From Erysipelotrichaceae bacterium (lineage in GTDB: Bacteria > Bacillota_I > Bacilli_A > RFN20 > CAG-826), in assembly GCA_012744375.1 (NCBI GenBank), contig JAAYCD010000108.1, positions 1-42,073 of the forward strand: a stretch of DNA of 42,073 bases, given 5' to 3'. The translations under genes and the position numbers were made by a program. Shown piece by piece: positions 8,392 to 18,460 of this stretch. Positions within the stretch are counted from its first letter, which is position 1. Each line of letters opens with the position of its first letter. A model generated the notes under the pieces. It saw nothing but the letters and a program-made list of their open reading frames with translations, did not search any database and had not been told where the DNA came from.

Positions 8392-10989
8392 TTATTTAGC
8401 GCTATACCAATCTAAACCAAAACCACCATTAACTTCAAGTGGTATGCCTAGATTTAAAACGTTCTCCATAATGTTTTTAATTAAATCGAAAATCTGCTCT
8501 TTTTCTTCGCTAGGAACACGGAAAATTAGTTCGTCATGAATTTGAAGAACCATGCGTGTTTGATATCCCCCAGCTTCTAAAGCTTGGTGTATTTTTATCA
8601 TGGCTAGCTTAATCAAATCAGCAGCAGTACCTTGGACAGGTGCATTCATCGCAGCGCGTTTAGCTCCTTCTCTTTTTTGATAATTGGTGTCACTTAATTC
8701 TCTTAAATATCGTCTTCTGCCTAATAAGGTAGAAACATAACCATCCTTAAGAGCATCACTAACAATGCTATTAAAGAAATTTGCTACTTCTGGGAAATTA
8801 TGAAAAAATGCATCGATAATTGCTTTAGCTTCTTTTGGTGGAATGTCTAGTTGTTCGGCTAGCCCCCAATCAGAGATGCCATATACAACACCAAAATTTA
8901 CAGTTTTTGCTTTGCGTCTTTGCAAATCACTTGGTGATGATTGAAGGTTAAATAATTTCATTGCCGTTGCTGAATGAATATCTTGATTAGAAAGAAAAAT
9001 TTCTTTTAACGATTGACAATTTGAAAGCGCGGCCAAAACTCTTAATTCAATTTGCGAATAGTCAAAAGAAAGAATTTCAAATTGATGGTTTGGATAATAG
9101 AAAGCTTTTCTGATCGCCTTACCTTCTTCAAATCTAACTGAGATATTTTGAATATTTGGGTCAGAAGCAGACAATCGACCAGTGGTGGTCAATGCTTGAT
9201 TAAACTTAGGATGGATTTTACCATCGGGATAAATATGATGTTTTAATCCTTCCACATATGTAGTCAATAACTTAAAGTATTTGCGATATTCTAAAATTTT
9301 CTCAACAACTGGATGCTCGTCAATTATATCATTAAGTGAATCGACGGCCGTCGACAACTTCCGATTACTTGATAAGCCAAGTTTATTGAACAAGATATCA
9401 GCGATTTGTTTTGGCGAAGCAAGATTAAACATTTCGCCGACCATATCAAATATCTCGTTTGAAAGTTCATCGAGCTTTTGCTGATATGTTTCGCCAAAAT
9501 GTTGAAGAACGTTTATGTCCAATGGGAAACCCTCAATTTCCATATCGGCGAGAGTATCGACTAATGGAATTTCTAACTCTTCAAATAGTCTAAATAATTC
9601 CATCTTTTCTAACTCTTCTTGGATTTTTCTTGTTAATTTCATGGTAAAAAATGCAATTCTACAACTTCTTTCGATGTCTTCGGCAGTGAACAAAGATAAA
9701 GTTTCAACACCATTTCCTAAATCAACACCATGAATATTCATGACGACTTGAACATCGTTTTTGATTGTGGAATCTAATAGATAAGAAGCGATCAATAAAT
9801 CAAACTTTAAGCCACTAATCGCAATATCGTTTTTATTTAATGCGACTTTGATGGCTTTATAGTCAAAGCAATATTTTTGTATGGCTTTATCTTTTAATAT
9901 CTCTAAAGCAACTGGGTCACTTTTTAAGTCTTCAATTTTTAAATAATAAGAAATTTCACCATTAGAAAATGCCATGCCATAAAGCGACCCTAATGTATAA
10001 TTATCGTCTTGATAATCTAAGGCAATACCAATTTGTTTATCAAATTTAATGCCTTTGAGCGAACTAACAACCTTGATTGGTACTTCAACTTTAGCAAGGT
10101 CAGATTTCTTCCACTTAGGACTTAAGCGCGCAATGAATTGTTTCAGCCCATATTTTTGTGCAAAAGCACTTACGGCCGTAAATTCATAACCGCGATAAAT
10201 GGTGTCTTCTATACTAAAAGGTAAATCAACATCTGTTCTAATAATGGCTAAATCACGCGATAATCTCCCGATATCCTTTTGCTCTTTCAAAGATTCTCCA
10301 ATCTTGCCGTTTATTTCGTCAGCATGAGCGACGATATTATCAAACGAACCATACTGTTTGATGAGCTTAACAGCTGTGACATTACCAATTCCCTTAATGC
10401 CAGGAATATTGTCACTATCGTCACCTCTAAGCCCTTTATAGTCAACGATTTGTTCTGGAGCAAAGCCATAAGTTTCTTCGACTAGTTTAGGGGTCATAGT
10501 GACGACATCAGATAAGCCTTTTTTTATAATATTGACGGAAATCTTTTCGCTCACCAATTGTAAAAAATCGCGATCAGAAGTATATATGACAACTTCATAA
10601 CCAGCCTTTTCCGCTTTCTTTGCAACCGTGCCCGCAATGTCATCACCTTCAAATCCATCTTGTTCGTAAGTGAAAATATTAAGAGCGTTAAGCATTTCTC
10701 GTGCAATTGGAAACTGTTGGACAAGTTCTTCTGGAGTCGGTTTACGGTGAATTTTATATGTATCTAGCAAATCGTTTCTAAAAGTGTCTTTACCTGTATC
10801 GAAAGCAACTATGATACCTTCATCCTCTTTTAATTTTCCTAAGATTTTGTTTATCATCGTCGAAAAAGTAAAAATCGCGTTAGTCGGAATGCCTTCCTGA
10901 TTACGCATAATTTCCATACCAGGATAAGCAGTAGCAAAGTACGCTCTAAATAGTAATGAATTACCATCAATGATTGTTATTTTACTCAT
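8392..10989 (-). CDS. polA: DNA polymerase I (865 aa)
   Basis: IDGNSLLFRAY 5'-3' exonuclease start; TTTGRLS..DPN.QNI, DYSQIELR, KTVNFGVVYG, QIHDEL. Start ATG 10989 after SD GGAGG, overlapping the dnaE stop. Confidence 0.98.
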   Translation of the reverse strand: MSKITIIDGNSLLFRAYFATAYPGMEIMRNQEGIPTNAIFTFSTMINKILGKLKEDEGIIVAFDTGKDTFRNDLLDTYKIHRKPTPEELVQQFPIAREMLNALNIFTYEQDGFEGDDIAGTVAKKAEKAGYEVVIYTSDRDFLQLVSEKISVNIIKKGLSDVVTMTPKLVEETYGFAPEQIVDYKGLRGDDSDNIPGIKGIGNVTAVKLIKQYGSFDNIVAHADEINGKIGESLKEQKDIGRLSRDLAIIRTDVDLPFSIEDTIYRGYEFTAVSAFAQKYGLKQFIARLSPKWKKSDLAKVEVPIKVVSSLKGIKFDKQIGIALDYQDDNYTLGSLYGMAFSNGEISYYLKIEDLKSDPVALEILKDKAIQKYCFDYKAIKVALNKNDIAISGLKFDLLIASYLLDSTIKNDVQVVMNIHGVDLGNGVETLSLFTAEDIERSCRIAFFTMKLTRKIQEELEKMELFRLFEELEIPLVDTLADMEIEGFPLDINVLQHFGETYQQKLDELSNEIFDMVGEMFNLASPKQIADILFNKLGLSSNRKLSTAVDSLNDIIDEHPVVEKILEYRKYFKLLTTYVEGLKHHIYPDGKIHPKFNQALTTTGRLSASDPNIQNISVRFEEGKAIRKAFYYPNHQFEILSFDYSQIELRVLAALSNCQSLKEIFLSNQDIHSATAMKLFNLQSSPSDLQRRKAKTVNFGVVYGISDWGLAEQLDIPPKEAKAIIDAFFHNFPEVANFFNSIVSDALKDGYVSTLLGRRRYLRELSDTNYQKREGAKRAAMNAPVQGTAADLIKLAMIKIHQALEAGGYQTRMVLQIHDELIFRVPSEEKEQIFDLIKNIMENVLNLGIPLEVNGGFGLDWYSAK

Positions 10990-13900
10990 AAATTTCGTCC
11001 TCCAATGGAGTAATGTTGTTAGCGATGAAGGTAGTTTCTTCATCTCTTCTATCACGTTTAATTTCACACACGACCAGGTTGTTTTTTTCTAATAAAGACA
11101 CAGCCTCGGCATAAAGCACTGGGAAAACAATAATTTCCATTTCGTCGGTCTCATCTAATAACTTAACAAAGGCCATGGTTGTTCCTTTTTTGGTATTAAT
11201 CTTTTTGATAGCTCTTATTAAGCCAGCAATTTTAGCTTTGTTTGTTTGCTTAGCTTCAACGATAGGCGTTACTTCTTTTTCAACTAGTAAATGTTGTTTA
11301 TAGTGCAACGGATTACTAGAAAGCATCATTCCTAATACTTCATATTCTTTTTCTAAATTTTCCAGCGGGTCATCTTTTTGCTCAATAATGTAAGGTGCTA
11401 AATATGGAGAAAAGCCAATATTAAGTTGACCATTATCTTGATAAGTAAGTTCCGCATATTGTAAGGCACTTTTGATCGTCGCTCTCAGCGAAGCGCGAGA
11501 AGCAGTAAAGCAATCAAAGCAACCCGCATCAATAAGTTTTGTTAATTGTTCTTCAGTAAGTTTGTTTTGATACATCCGTGAGACAAAATCAAAAAAGTCG
11601 CTAAATGGTTTGTCATTTCTTTCAGTCAAGATGTTATCTACTAATATGTTATTAATGCCCTTAATTGCATTGAGTGGGAATAGTAAACCACCTTCTGAAA
11701 TCTTAAAACTCTTTGAAGATAAATTGATGTGCGGTGAAATAATTTTAATGTCGCGCTTCTTCATCTCGCTTACGTACTCGTTAAATTTTGTGTCACTCGT
11801 GCCACTAGCGGTTTCTAAAATAGCAGCATAAAACTGTAAAGGGTAATGCAATTTTAAAAAGGCTGTCCGACATGTGATCACCGCATAAACAGAAGCGTGC
11901 GACTTATTAAAAGCGTAATCTGCAAATTTTCTAATCGTTTCAAACACTTTGCGCGCTACTTTTTCCTCATGGCCATTCTTTAATGAGCCTTGAATAAAAA
12001 GTCGTTCATTATTTGCAAATTGCTCAGCATCTTTTTTGCTTATAGCTCTTCTAAACAAATCGGCTTCGGCCATGGAAAATCCTGCCATTGTTCTCGCAAT
12101 TTCATTTACTTGTTCTTGATAAACAATAATGCCATAAGTTGATTTTAATATTGGTTCTAAACACGGATCATCATATGTAATGGCCTCTTTACCTTCTTTT
12201 CTTCTTCCGTATGAAGGAATTGAATCCATAGGACCTGGTCTATATAAAGCCAATAGTGCTACCACGTCGTCAAAACAACTTGGTTTAAGTAAACTAATCG
12301 CTCTTTTTATACCTGAACTTTCAAGTTGGAAAATGCCCATTGTTTGATTAGAGGCAATTAAGTTAAAGACGCCATTATCATTAAACGGAATATTAAACTT
12401 ATCGATAATTGGTTGATCTTTTCCTTCGTTAATTAGGTCAACGCAATAGGCAATAGTCGTTAAGTTTCTTAAAGATAAAAAGTCAATTTTTAAAAACCCT
12501 TGGTCTTCCAAATAGTTTAATTCATACTGCGAAATATAATGACCAGCAAAATCAGTAGTTAAAGGCAAGACTTCTTCAAGTGGACCATTATTCAAAATCA
12601 CCCCAGCTGGGTGCAATCCATTTTGTCTAATCAAACCTTCGATTTTGCTTGCTAAAGACACAATCGTTAAAAAATAGTCATCACTATCGACAAGTTTCCT
12701 AAACTCAGGCAGTTGTTTGTATGATTCTTTTAAGGACAGTTTTGGGTTTGATAAACGTTTACTTAATAAGTCAATATGACGCGTTGGGTAATTGTAAACA
12801 CGACCGATATCTCTAAGAGATTGCTTGGCCTGAATAGTTTGATAAGTAACGATATTAGCCACGCGACTATTGCCATATTTTTCTCTAACATATTCAACAA
12901 CATCATTACGACTAATATCCATGAAGTCGATATCAATATCAGGCATAGTTTGTCGAAAAGGATTTAAAAATCTTTCGAATTGTAATTCTTCTTTTATGGG
13001 GTCGATTTCTGTTATATCGAGCAAATAGGACACTAAACTTCCAGCGGCGCTACCACGTCCTGGTCCAACTAAGATACGATTATTTTTAGCGTAAGAAATA
13101 AAATCTTGAACGATTAGAAAATAATCTGCATACCCCAGTTTAGAAATTGTTTCTACTTCATAACTTAATCTTTTTTTGTATATTTCAAATTGATTTAAAC
13201 CTTTATTTTTGAGACTTTCCTCACAAAGCAACTTAAGATTCTCTGAGGAATTAGAAACAGGAAAACGCATTAGTTCACCGCGCTTTTGATGGAATGAAAA
13301 ATTGACTGAATCTAAGATTGCTTTAGTGGTTGCAATTTCATTTGTAGTGTATATCTTAGAATAGTTTTTATAGGTCATGAAATAGTCTTGACCAATCAAA
13401 CTTTTTTCTTTCAATACCTCGTCTTTATCTTCTTTGGCAATTGCTTCTGCAATTGCTAAAACGATTGCATCATCGCTTTTTAAATAACGGATTTTTGGAA
13501 AAGCGACCGATCGATAAGGATGGTTATCAAGAAAATTTCTAATCTCATTAGCGTATTTTACTTCTTCTTTGCTAGTAACGGAAATTCCTAAATAAAAGTT
13601 GTTCTTAAATAAGGCATCATATTGATACAGCAGCCTATTTAACTTTTCTTTGTCTTCTTGAAATGCCGCTTTGAACTTGTCATTGGATGTTTCAATAATA
13701 CAAATTAAACCTTCGCAATAATCCTTAAGTAATTGTTCGGAAAAGGTTTGGCTATTAATCGCAGTGGTCAGCTTCATTAAATGACGATAACCAATTTCAT
13801 TTTGAACATATAAGCATAAAACATCATCGTTCACGATAATTTCCATACCGATGATGTAAGGGCGAGACAATTCTTCAGCGACTTTTACAAAAGCTGGGAC

Positions 13901-14041
13901 GCCATACATGACCCCGATGTCACAAAGGCCAAGACCATAGTATTCATTTTTTTGAATTCCAGTTTTTATTCTTTCCATGGTTAGGCCACTTTGTAAAAAA
14001 GAATAGTCAGAAATAATCCGTAGTGGAACAAAATCATTCAT
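10982..14041 (-). CDS. dnaE: DNA polymerase III alpha subunit (DnaE)
   Basis: GPGRGSAAGSLV, FERFLNP, MPDIDIDF, KIDFL, GIFQLES, YAFNKSH and a C-terminal OB fold. PHP histidines are degenerate (LRIISDYS). Start is 14041 or 14059. Confidence 0.96.
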   Translation of the reverse strand: MNDFVPLRIISDYSFLQSGLTMERIKTGIQKNEYYGLGLCDIGVMYGVPAFVKVAEELSRPYIIGMEIIVNDDVLCLYVQNEIGYRHLMKLTTAINSQTFSEQLLKDYCEGLICIIETSNDKFKAAFQEDKEKLNRLLYQYDALFKNNFYLGISVTSKEEVKYANEIRNFLDNHPYRSVAFPKIRYLKSDDAIVLAIAEAIAKEDKDEVLKEKSLIGQDYFMTYKNYSKIYTTNEIATTKAILDSVNFSFHQKRGELMRFPVSNSSENLKLLCEESLKNKGLNQFEIYKKRLSYEVETISKLGYADYFLIVQDFISYAKNNRILVGPGRGSAAGSLVSYLLDITEIDPIKEELQFERFLNPFRQTMPDIDIDFMDISRNDVVEYVREKYGNSRVANIVTYQTIQAKQSLRDIGRVYNYPTRHIDLLSKRLSNPKLSLKESYKQLPEFRKLVDSDDYFLTIVSLASKIEGLIRQNGLHPAGVILNNGPLEEVLPLTTDFAGHYISQYELNYLEDQGFLKIDFLSLRNLTTIAYCVDLINEGKDQPIIDKFNIPFNDNGVFNLIASNQTMGIFQLESSGIKRAISLLKPSCFDDVVALLALYRPGPMDSIPSYGRRKEGKEAITYDDPCLEPILKSTYGIIVYQEQVNEIARTMAGFSMAEADLFRRAISKKDAEQFANNERLFIQGSLKNGHEEKVARKVFETIRKFADYAFNKSHASVYAVITCRTAFLKLHYPLQFYAAILETASGTSDTKFNEYVSEMKKRDIKIISPHINLSSKSFKISEGGLLFPLNAIKGINNILVDNILTERNDKPFSDFFDFVSRMYQNKLTEEQLTKLIDAGCFDCFTASRASLRATIKSALQYAELTYQDNGQLNIGFSPYLAPYIIEQKDDPLENLEKEYEVLGMMLSSNPLHYKQHLLVEKEVTPIVEAKQTNKAKIAGLIRAIKKINTKKGTTMAFVKLLDETDEMEIIVFPVLYAEAVSLLEKNNLVVCEIKRDRRDEETTFIANNITPLEDEIYE

Positions 14042-14069
14042 ATTTCTAATATAGCGCATTTAGGTGGCA

Positions 14070-14101
14070 AATAAAATAAAAGGTACTTTTTGAGTACCTT
14101 T
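14070..14101 (-). terminator. Intrinsic terminator after the DHH gene
   Basis: Minus strand AAAGGTACT-caaaa-AGTACCTTT followed by a T-rich tail. Confidence 0.65.
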
Positions 14102-15095
14102 ATTTTGCGAATAATGAATCAAAATCAGCGATAAATTGATCAAGTTCAGCGATATTGTTGAGCTTAGCGCCACTTGCTTGAGCGTGACCGCCACCTCCCC
14201 AACGTGCTGCTAGTTCGTTAATTGGCGTTTTCTTGCTCCGGATGGAAATGCGCCAGCAACCATCTTTTTTATCTTCGGAAATCGAGCACCAACCATTGAT
14301 GCCTTCAATGTTAGAAAATAGGTTAACATTTTCCTTACCTCTTTCAGTGGTAATGTGAAGTTCTTTTAACACTTCGTCAGGTAAGACATAATATGCAACA
14401 CCATTGGGCGAAAGTTTAAAATGTTCCAAAATATAACCCGTAATTTTCAAGTCTTCAATTTGCTTGGTGTACATCGCTTGATAAACAGCGCTCAAATCTA
14501 TACCTCTACTTAATAAGTATGCGGCAGTGATAAACGATACTTCAGAAGTAGAAGAATATTGAAATCTACCAGAGTCGCCCGCAATAGCGGAATAAAAATA
14601 ACTAGCGGCTTCTTTAGAAAAAATATAGCGGCCTTTGAAGGCTTGTAAAATACAAGTGATAAGTTCGCTTGCAGCACATGCTTTAACATTAACAATTGAG
14701 ATATCACCAAAACGCTCGGTTTCTGGGTGATGATCAATTTTGACGATGAAACTCGCTTTTTGCCAACGCGGATCAGAAATACGTGCCATATTGGCAACAT
14801 CGATGATTAAAGCTAAGAAAGGTTGGTTAAACCATTCCTCGTTGACGCGATCAGTTTCAGGATAAAGACGACCAGTAAAAACGTCATGGTTATCGCCTAA
14901 GATTTTAATGTCTTTCTTAGGAAAATTATCCTTTAGCCAAGTTGCTAAACCGAATTGAGTTCCTAAACAATCAAAATCCGGTGTTGCGTGACGAAAAACA
15001 GCGATGTGGTCAAAGCGTTTAATCGCTTGCTGAATGGCTTTAATGTCCTTTTTATAAGGCGCGAGATATTGGATAATTTCCTTATTTAATTTCAT
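14100..15095 (-). CDS. nrnA: DHH/DHHA1 phosphoesterase (NrnA-like oligoribonuclease / pAp phosphatase)
   Basis: H..PD.D, IDHH, GDSGRF, SIRS, GGGGHAQASG motifs; upstream of dnaE as in other Bacilli. Start moved to ATG 15095, just after the ackA stop. Confidence 0.88.
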   Translation of the reverse strand: MKLNKEIIQYLAPYKKDIKAIQQAIKRFDHIAVFRHATPDFDCLGTQFGLATWLKDNFPKKDIKILGDNHDVFTGRLYPETDRVNEEWFNQPFLALIIDVANMARISDPRWQKASFIVKIDHHPETERFGDISIVNVKACAASELITCILQAFKGRYIFSKEAASYFYSAIAGDSGRFQYSSTSEVSFITAAYLLSRGIDLSAVYQAMYTKQIEDLKITGYILEHFKLSPNGVAYYVLPDEVLKELHITTERGKENVNLFSNIEGINGWCSISEDKKDGCWRISIRSKKTPINELAARWGGGGHAQASGAKLNNIAELDQFIADFDSLFAK

Positions 15096-15096
15096 T

Positions 15097-16299
15097 TTAT
15101 TGTTTTCCTTTGATGCACATATTATAGGCATCGCGCGCAATCATGATTTCCTCATCAGTAGGAATGACTGCGACTTTAACTTTGCTTTCTGGTAAAGAAA
15201 TAAGCATATCTTTACCGCGAAGTTTGGCATTAACTTCTTCATTTATCTTAACACCTAATGATGATTCTAGTGCTTTACATACATCGCGACGTGTTCTTGG
15301 TTCGTTTTCGCCAATGCCGGCAGAGAAGATAATTAGGTCACATCCACCTAAACGAACATAATATTGACCGATATAATCTAAAATACGACGATTGAATAAT
15401 TTATTCGCTAAAATTGCTCTTGGATTACCATTATCGGCAGCTTCAATAATATCTCTTTGGTCATTGGAAATGCCAGAAACACCCAAGAAACCAGATTTCT
15501 TATTAAACATTTGGTAAACTTCTTCGGCAGATTTACCAGTGACAGAAACAACATAGTTAAATACACTTGGATCCATATCACCAGTTCTTGTTCCCATCAT
15601 GATGCCACCTAAAGGTGTTAAGCCCATCGAAGTAGCAACACACTTACCATCTTTAATCGCAGTGATAGAAGCTCCGGAGCCAATATGACAAGAAATAATT
15701 TTTGGATGTTCAACGCCTTCCAAATACTTTAAACCTTCTTGGGCCAAATATTGGTGAGAAGTACCGTGAGCCCCATATCTTCTAATGTCATATTTTTCTG
15801 TTAACACAAAAGGAATTGGGAAGACATAATCTTCTGGTTCCATAGATTGATGAAATGCGGTATCGAAAGTGGCAACAGCAGGACAATTAGGCAACACTTC
15901 CTTAAAAGCGCGGAAACACACTAAGTGTGCTGGGTTATGAAGAACCGCTAATGGAATAAGTGATTCAATTTTCTTTTCAGTATCTTCATCAAAGAAAGCA
16001 GAACTCGAGAAATATTTACCGCCTTGAACGACGCGATGGCCAATGGCTCTAATTTCATCGTAGTCTTTAATAATACCTTTCTCTAATAATGTATCAACCA
16101 CTAATTTGGCCGCGACTGCGTGATTAGGGAAGACTGGGTAGGAAACTTCTTTTTTTCCATCATACTTAAAAGTGAAAATACCACTTTTTTCACCAACTCT
16201 TTCACAGTTACCGGAACAGAGTACTTTTTCTTCAGGCATGTCATACAGTTTGAACTTTAATGATGAACTACCGGAATTTATTGTCATTACAAACGTCAT
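15097..16299 (-). CDS. ackA: Acetate kinase
   Basis: INSGSSSLK, GHRVVQGG, FDTAFH, RRYGAHGTSH, TSMGLTPL, GIGEN, PTDEE motifs; SD AAGGA. Confidence 0.98.
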   Translation of the reverse strand: MTFVMTINSGSSSLKFKLYDMPEEKVLCSGNCERVGEKSGIFTFKYDGKKEVSYPVFPNHAVAAKLVVDTLLEKGIIKDYDEIRAIGHRVVQGGKYFSSSAFFDEDTEKKIESLIPLAVLHNPAHLVCFRAFKEVLPNCPAVATFDTAFHQSMEPEDYVFPIPFVLTEKYDIRRYGAHGTSHQYLAQEGLKYLEGVEHPKIISCHIGSGASITAIKDGKCVATSMGLTPLGGIMMGTRTGDMDPSVFNYVVSVTGKSAEEVYQMFNKKSGFLGVSGISNDQRDIIEAADNGNPRAILANKLFNRRILDYIGQYYVRLGGCDLIIFSAGIGENEPRTRRDVCKALESSLGVKINEEVNAKLRGKDMLISLPESKVKVAVIPTDEEIMIARDAYNMCIKGKQ

Positions 16300-16343
16300 A
16301 CTAATAAATCCTTTCTTCGATGTTTATTTATAAACATTAAAAC

Positions 16344-16372
16344 ATTATGTCATATTTGCCCTTTTCTTTCAA
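16344..16372 (-). promoter_or_regulatory. Sigma-A promoter of ackA-nrnA
   Basis: TTGAAA (16372-16367), 17-nt spacer, TGa-CATAAT (16349-16344). Confidence 0.65.
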
Positions 16373-16619
16373 TTGTGTAAACAAACAAAACTATATAAAC
16401 GCAAATATGTCACACATTCAGTCAAAAAACAATCGAAGCAAAATAATCTAAATAATTAATCAAAATAGGTTAAACGGATGAAGAAAATCCTTAACGTCAT
16501 CAATTAAAAATAGCACAATTTTGCTATAAACATCTTGTCTAGTATATGCTATATATAATAAATCTAGTTTATTTGTGCTGGATTTTAATTATAATTAAAG
16601 CGATTGGAGATTTTCGACT

Positions 16620-18452
16620 ATGGCATATGGATTAGTGTACGATTACCTCAACGGACAATGTATTGAAGCTCACAACTACTTCGGAGCGCATTTCGGAGAA
16701 GAAAACGGCAAAAAATTTGTGACTTTCCGTCTATATGCTCCAGGTGCAAGTGATGTCTCGGTCATTGGTGAATGGAACTCTTGGGACTTCACCAAGGACA
16801 AAATGAACAAAATTGATGAAGCAGGTGTTTGGGAATTAACGATTCCCAATTTAACTAATTATCAATGTTATAAATTCCATTTTAAAAATGCTAAGGGTGA
16901 ATATGTTGACAAAATCGACCCCTTTGCTTTTTTTTCTGAATTAAGACCAGGAACGTGTTCGCGTTTATTTGATAATCGTTTTTTTCAGTGGCATGACGAT
17001 AGTTGGTTAAGAAAACGCGATCGCAATTTCGATAAGCCAATGTCTATATATGAAATGCATCTTGGTTCATGGAAAGGCAAGGCTGAAGACGGTCATCTTC
17101 TTTCTTATGAAGAAATCGGTGATTATATTATTCCTTATTTAAAAGAACATGGTTTTACACATGTCGAATTTATGCCTTTAGTCCAATATCCTTTCGATGG
17201 TTCTTGGGGGTATCAAGCCACAGGCTTTTTCTCAATTGATTCTAGATATGGTAACCCGTTTCAATTAATGTCTTTAATTAATCGTTTACATCAAAATGGA
17301 ATCGGTGCCATTATCGATTTTGCGCCTGTCCATTTCGCAAGTGACGAATGGGCACTAGCCCAGTATGATGGTACATACCTATTTGAATACGGTAATGAAT
17401 GGCGAATGTCCCCTTGGGGAAGCTTACATTTTGACTTAGGAAAAGATCCTGTTAGAAGTTTTTTAATGAGTGCTATTAATTACTTTATCGATTACTTCCA
17501 TTTCGATGGCGTGAGAATCGATGCAGTTAGTAATATTATCTACCATAATGGCGATGCAAATCTCGGTGTTAATGGTGGTGGGCTTGAATTTTTGAAGCGC
17601 TTAACTAGTAAATTACATCTCGCCCATGATAAAGTCATGCTAATCGCTGAAGATTCGACTGCGTATGCAGGCACAACGAAAGATCCAAAAATTGGTGGTC
17701 TAGGTTTTGATTATAAATGGGATTTAGGCTGGATGAATGATACATTGAAATATTACGCAAAAGACCCTGTATATAAGAAATGGGAACATTATAATATCAC
17801 CTTCAGTATGGCCTACTTCTATAGCGATAACTTCATGCTTCCTTTATCCCATGACGAAGTCGTTCATGGAAAAGGCACCATCATCAATAAGATGTGGGGT
17901 GATTATTACGAAAAATTTGCATTACTTCGTAACTTATACACTTACCAATTTTCTCACCCAGGCAAAAAATTGAATTTCATGGGCAATGAATTAGGCTCAT
18001 TTGATGAATGGGACGAATCCAAATCTCTCCCTTGGGTGTTGAAAACCTATCCGGCTCATGATAGTATTTCTCGATTGATGCGGGACCTCAACCTCATCTA
18101 TCGTCATGAAAAGGCGATGTACTTTGAGGAACATAATCCAACGCATTTCCATTGGTTAATGGTGGATAATGCTAATGATAGCATTTATGCTTTCCAACGT
18201 AACGTTGATAAAGACACTCTAATTTTCGTCTTCAATATGACAAGTAATTACTATGAATCATATTCAATTCCATTATTAGAAAGTGGTACTTATGAGGAAA
18301 TATTTAATTCCGATAAGGATGTCTATGGGGGATCGAATCAATACAATGGTTTGCCACTTAATAGCGAACTTGGAAGTTTCGAAGGTTTACCAGCGCACAT
18401 TAACATAAAGCTTGCTTCGTTTGGGGCTTGCATCTTTAAGAAAATAAAATAG
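16620..18452 (+). CDS. glgB: 1,4-alpha-glucan branching enzyme (GH13)
   Basis: IYEMHLGSW, SWGYQ, catalytic DGVRIDAV / IAEDST / LSHDEVV, HPGKKL.FMG; SD GGAG. Confidence 0.96.
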   Translation: MAYGLVYDYLNGQCIEAHNYFGAHFGEENGKKFVTFRLYAPGASDVSVIGEWNSWDFTKDKMNKIDEAGVWELTIPNLTNYQCYKFHFKNAKGEYVDKIDPFAFFSELRPGTCSRLFDNRFFQWHDDSWLRKRDRNFDKPMSIYEMHLGSWKGKAEDGHLLSYEEIGDYIIPYLKEHGFTHVEFMPLVQYPFDGSWGYQATGFFSIDSRYGNPFQLMSLINRLHQNGIGAIIDFAPVHFASDEWALAQYDGTYLFEYGNEWRMSPWGSLHFDLGKDPVRSFLMSAINYFIDYFHFDGVRIDAVSNIIYHNGDANLGVNGGGLEFLKRLTSKLHLAHDKVMLIAEDSTAYAGTTKDPKIGGLGFDYKWDLGWMNDTLKYYAKDPVYKKWEHYNITFSMAYFYSDNFMLPLSHDEVVHGKGTIINKMWGDYYEKFALLRNLYTYQFSHPGKKLNFMGNELGSFDEWDESKSLPWVLKTYPAHDSISRLMRDLNLIYRHEKAMYFEEHNPTHFHWLMVDNANDSIYAFQRNVDKDTLIFVFNMTSNYYESYSIPLLESGTYEEIFNSDKDVYGGSNQYNGLPLNSELGSFEGLPAHINIKLASFGACIFKKIK

Positions 18453-18460
18453 GAGACAAA

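Noticed and set aside
16620-18452. UGA=Trp (genetic code 4)
   Set aside because: All genes are full length under code 11, and Trp-rich glgB has no in-frame TGA.
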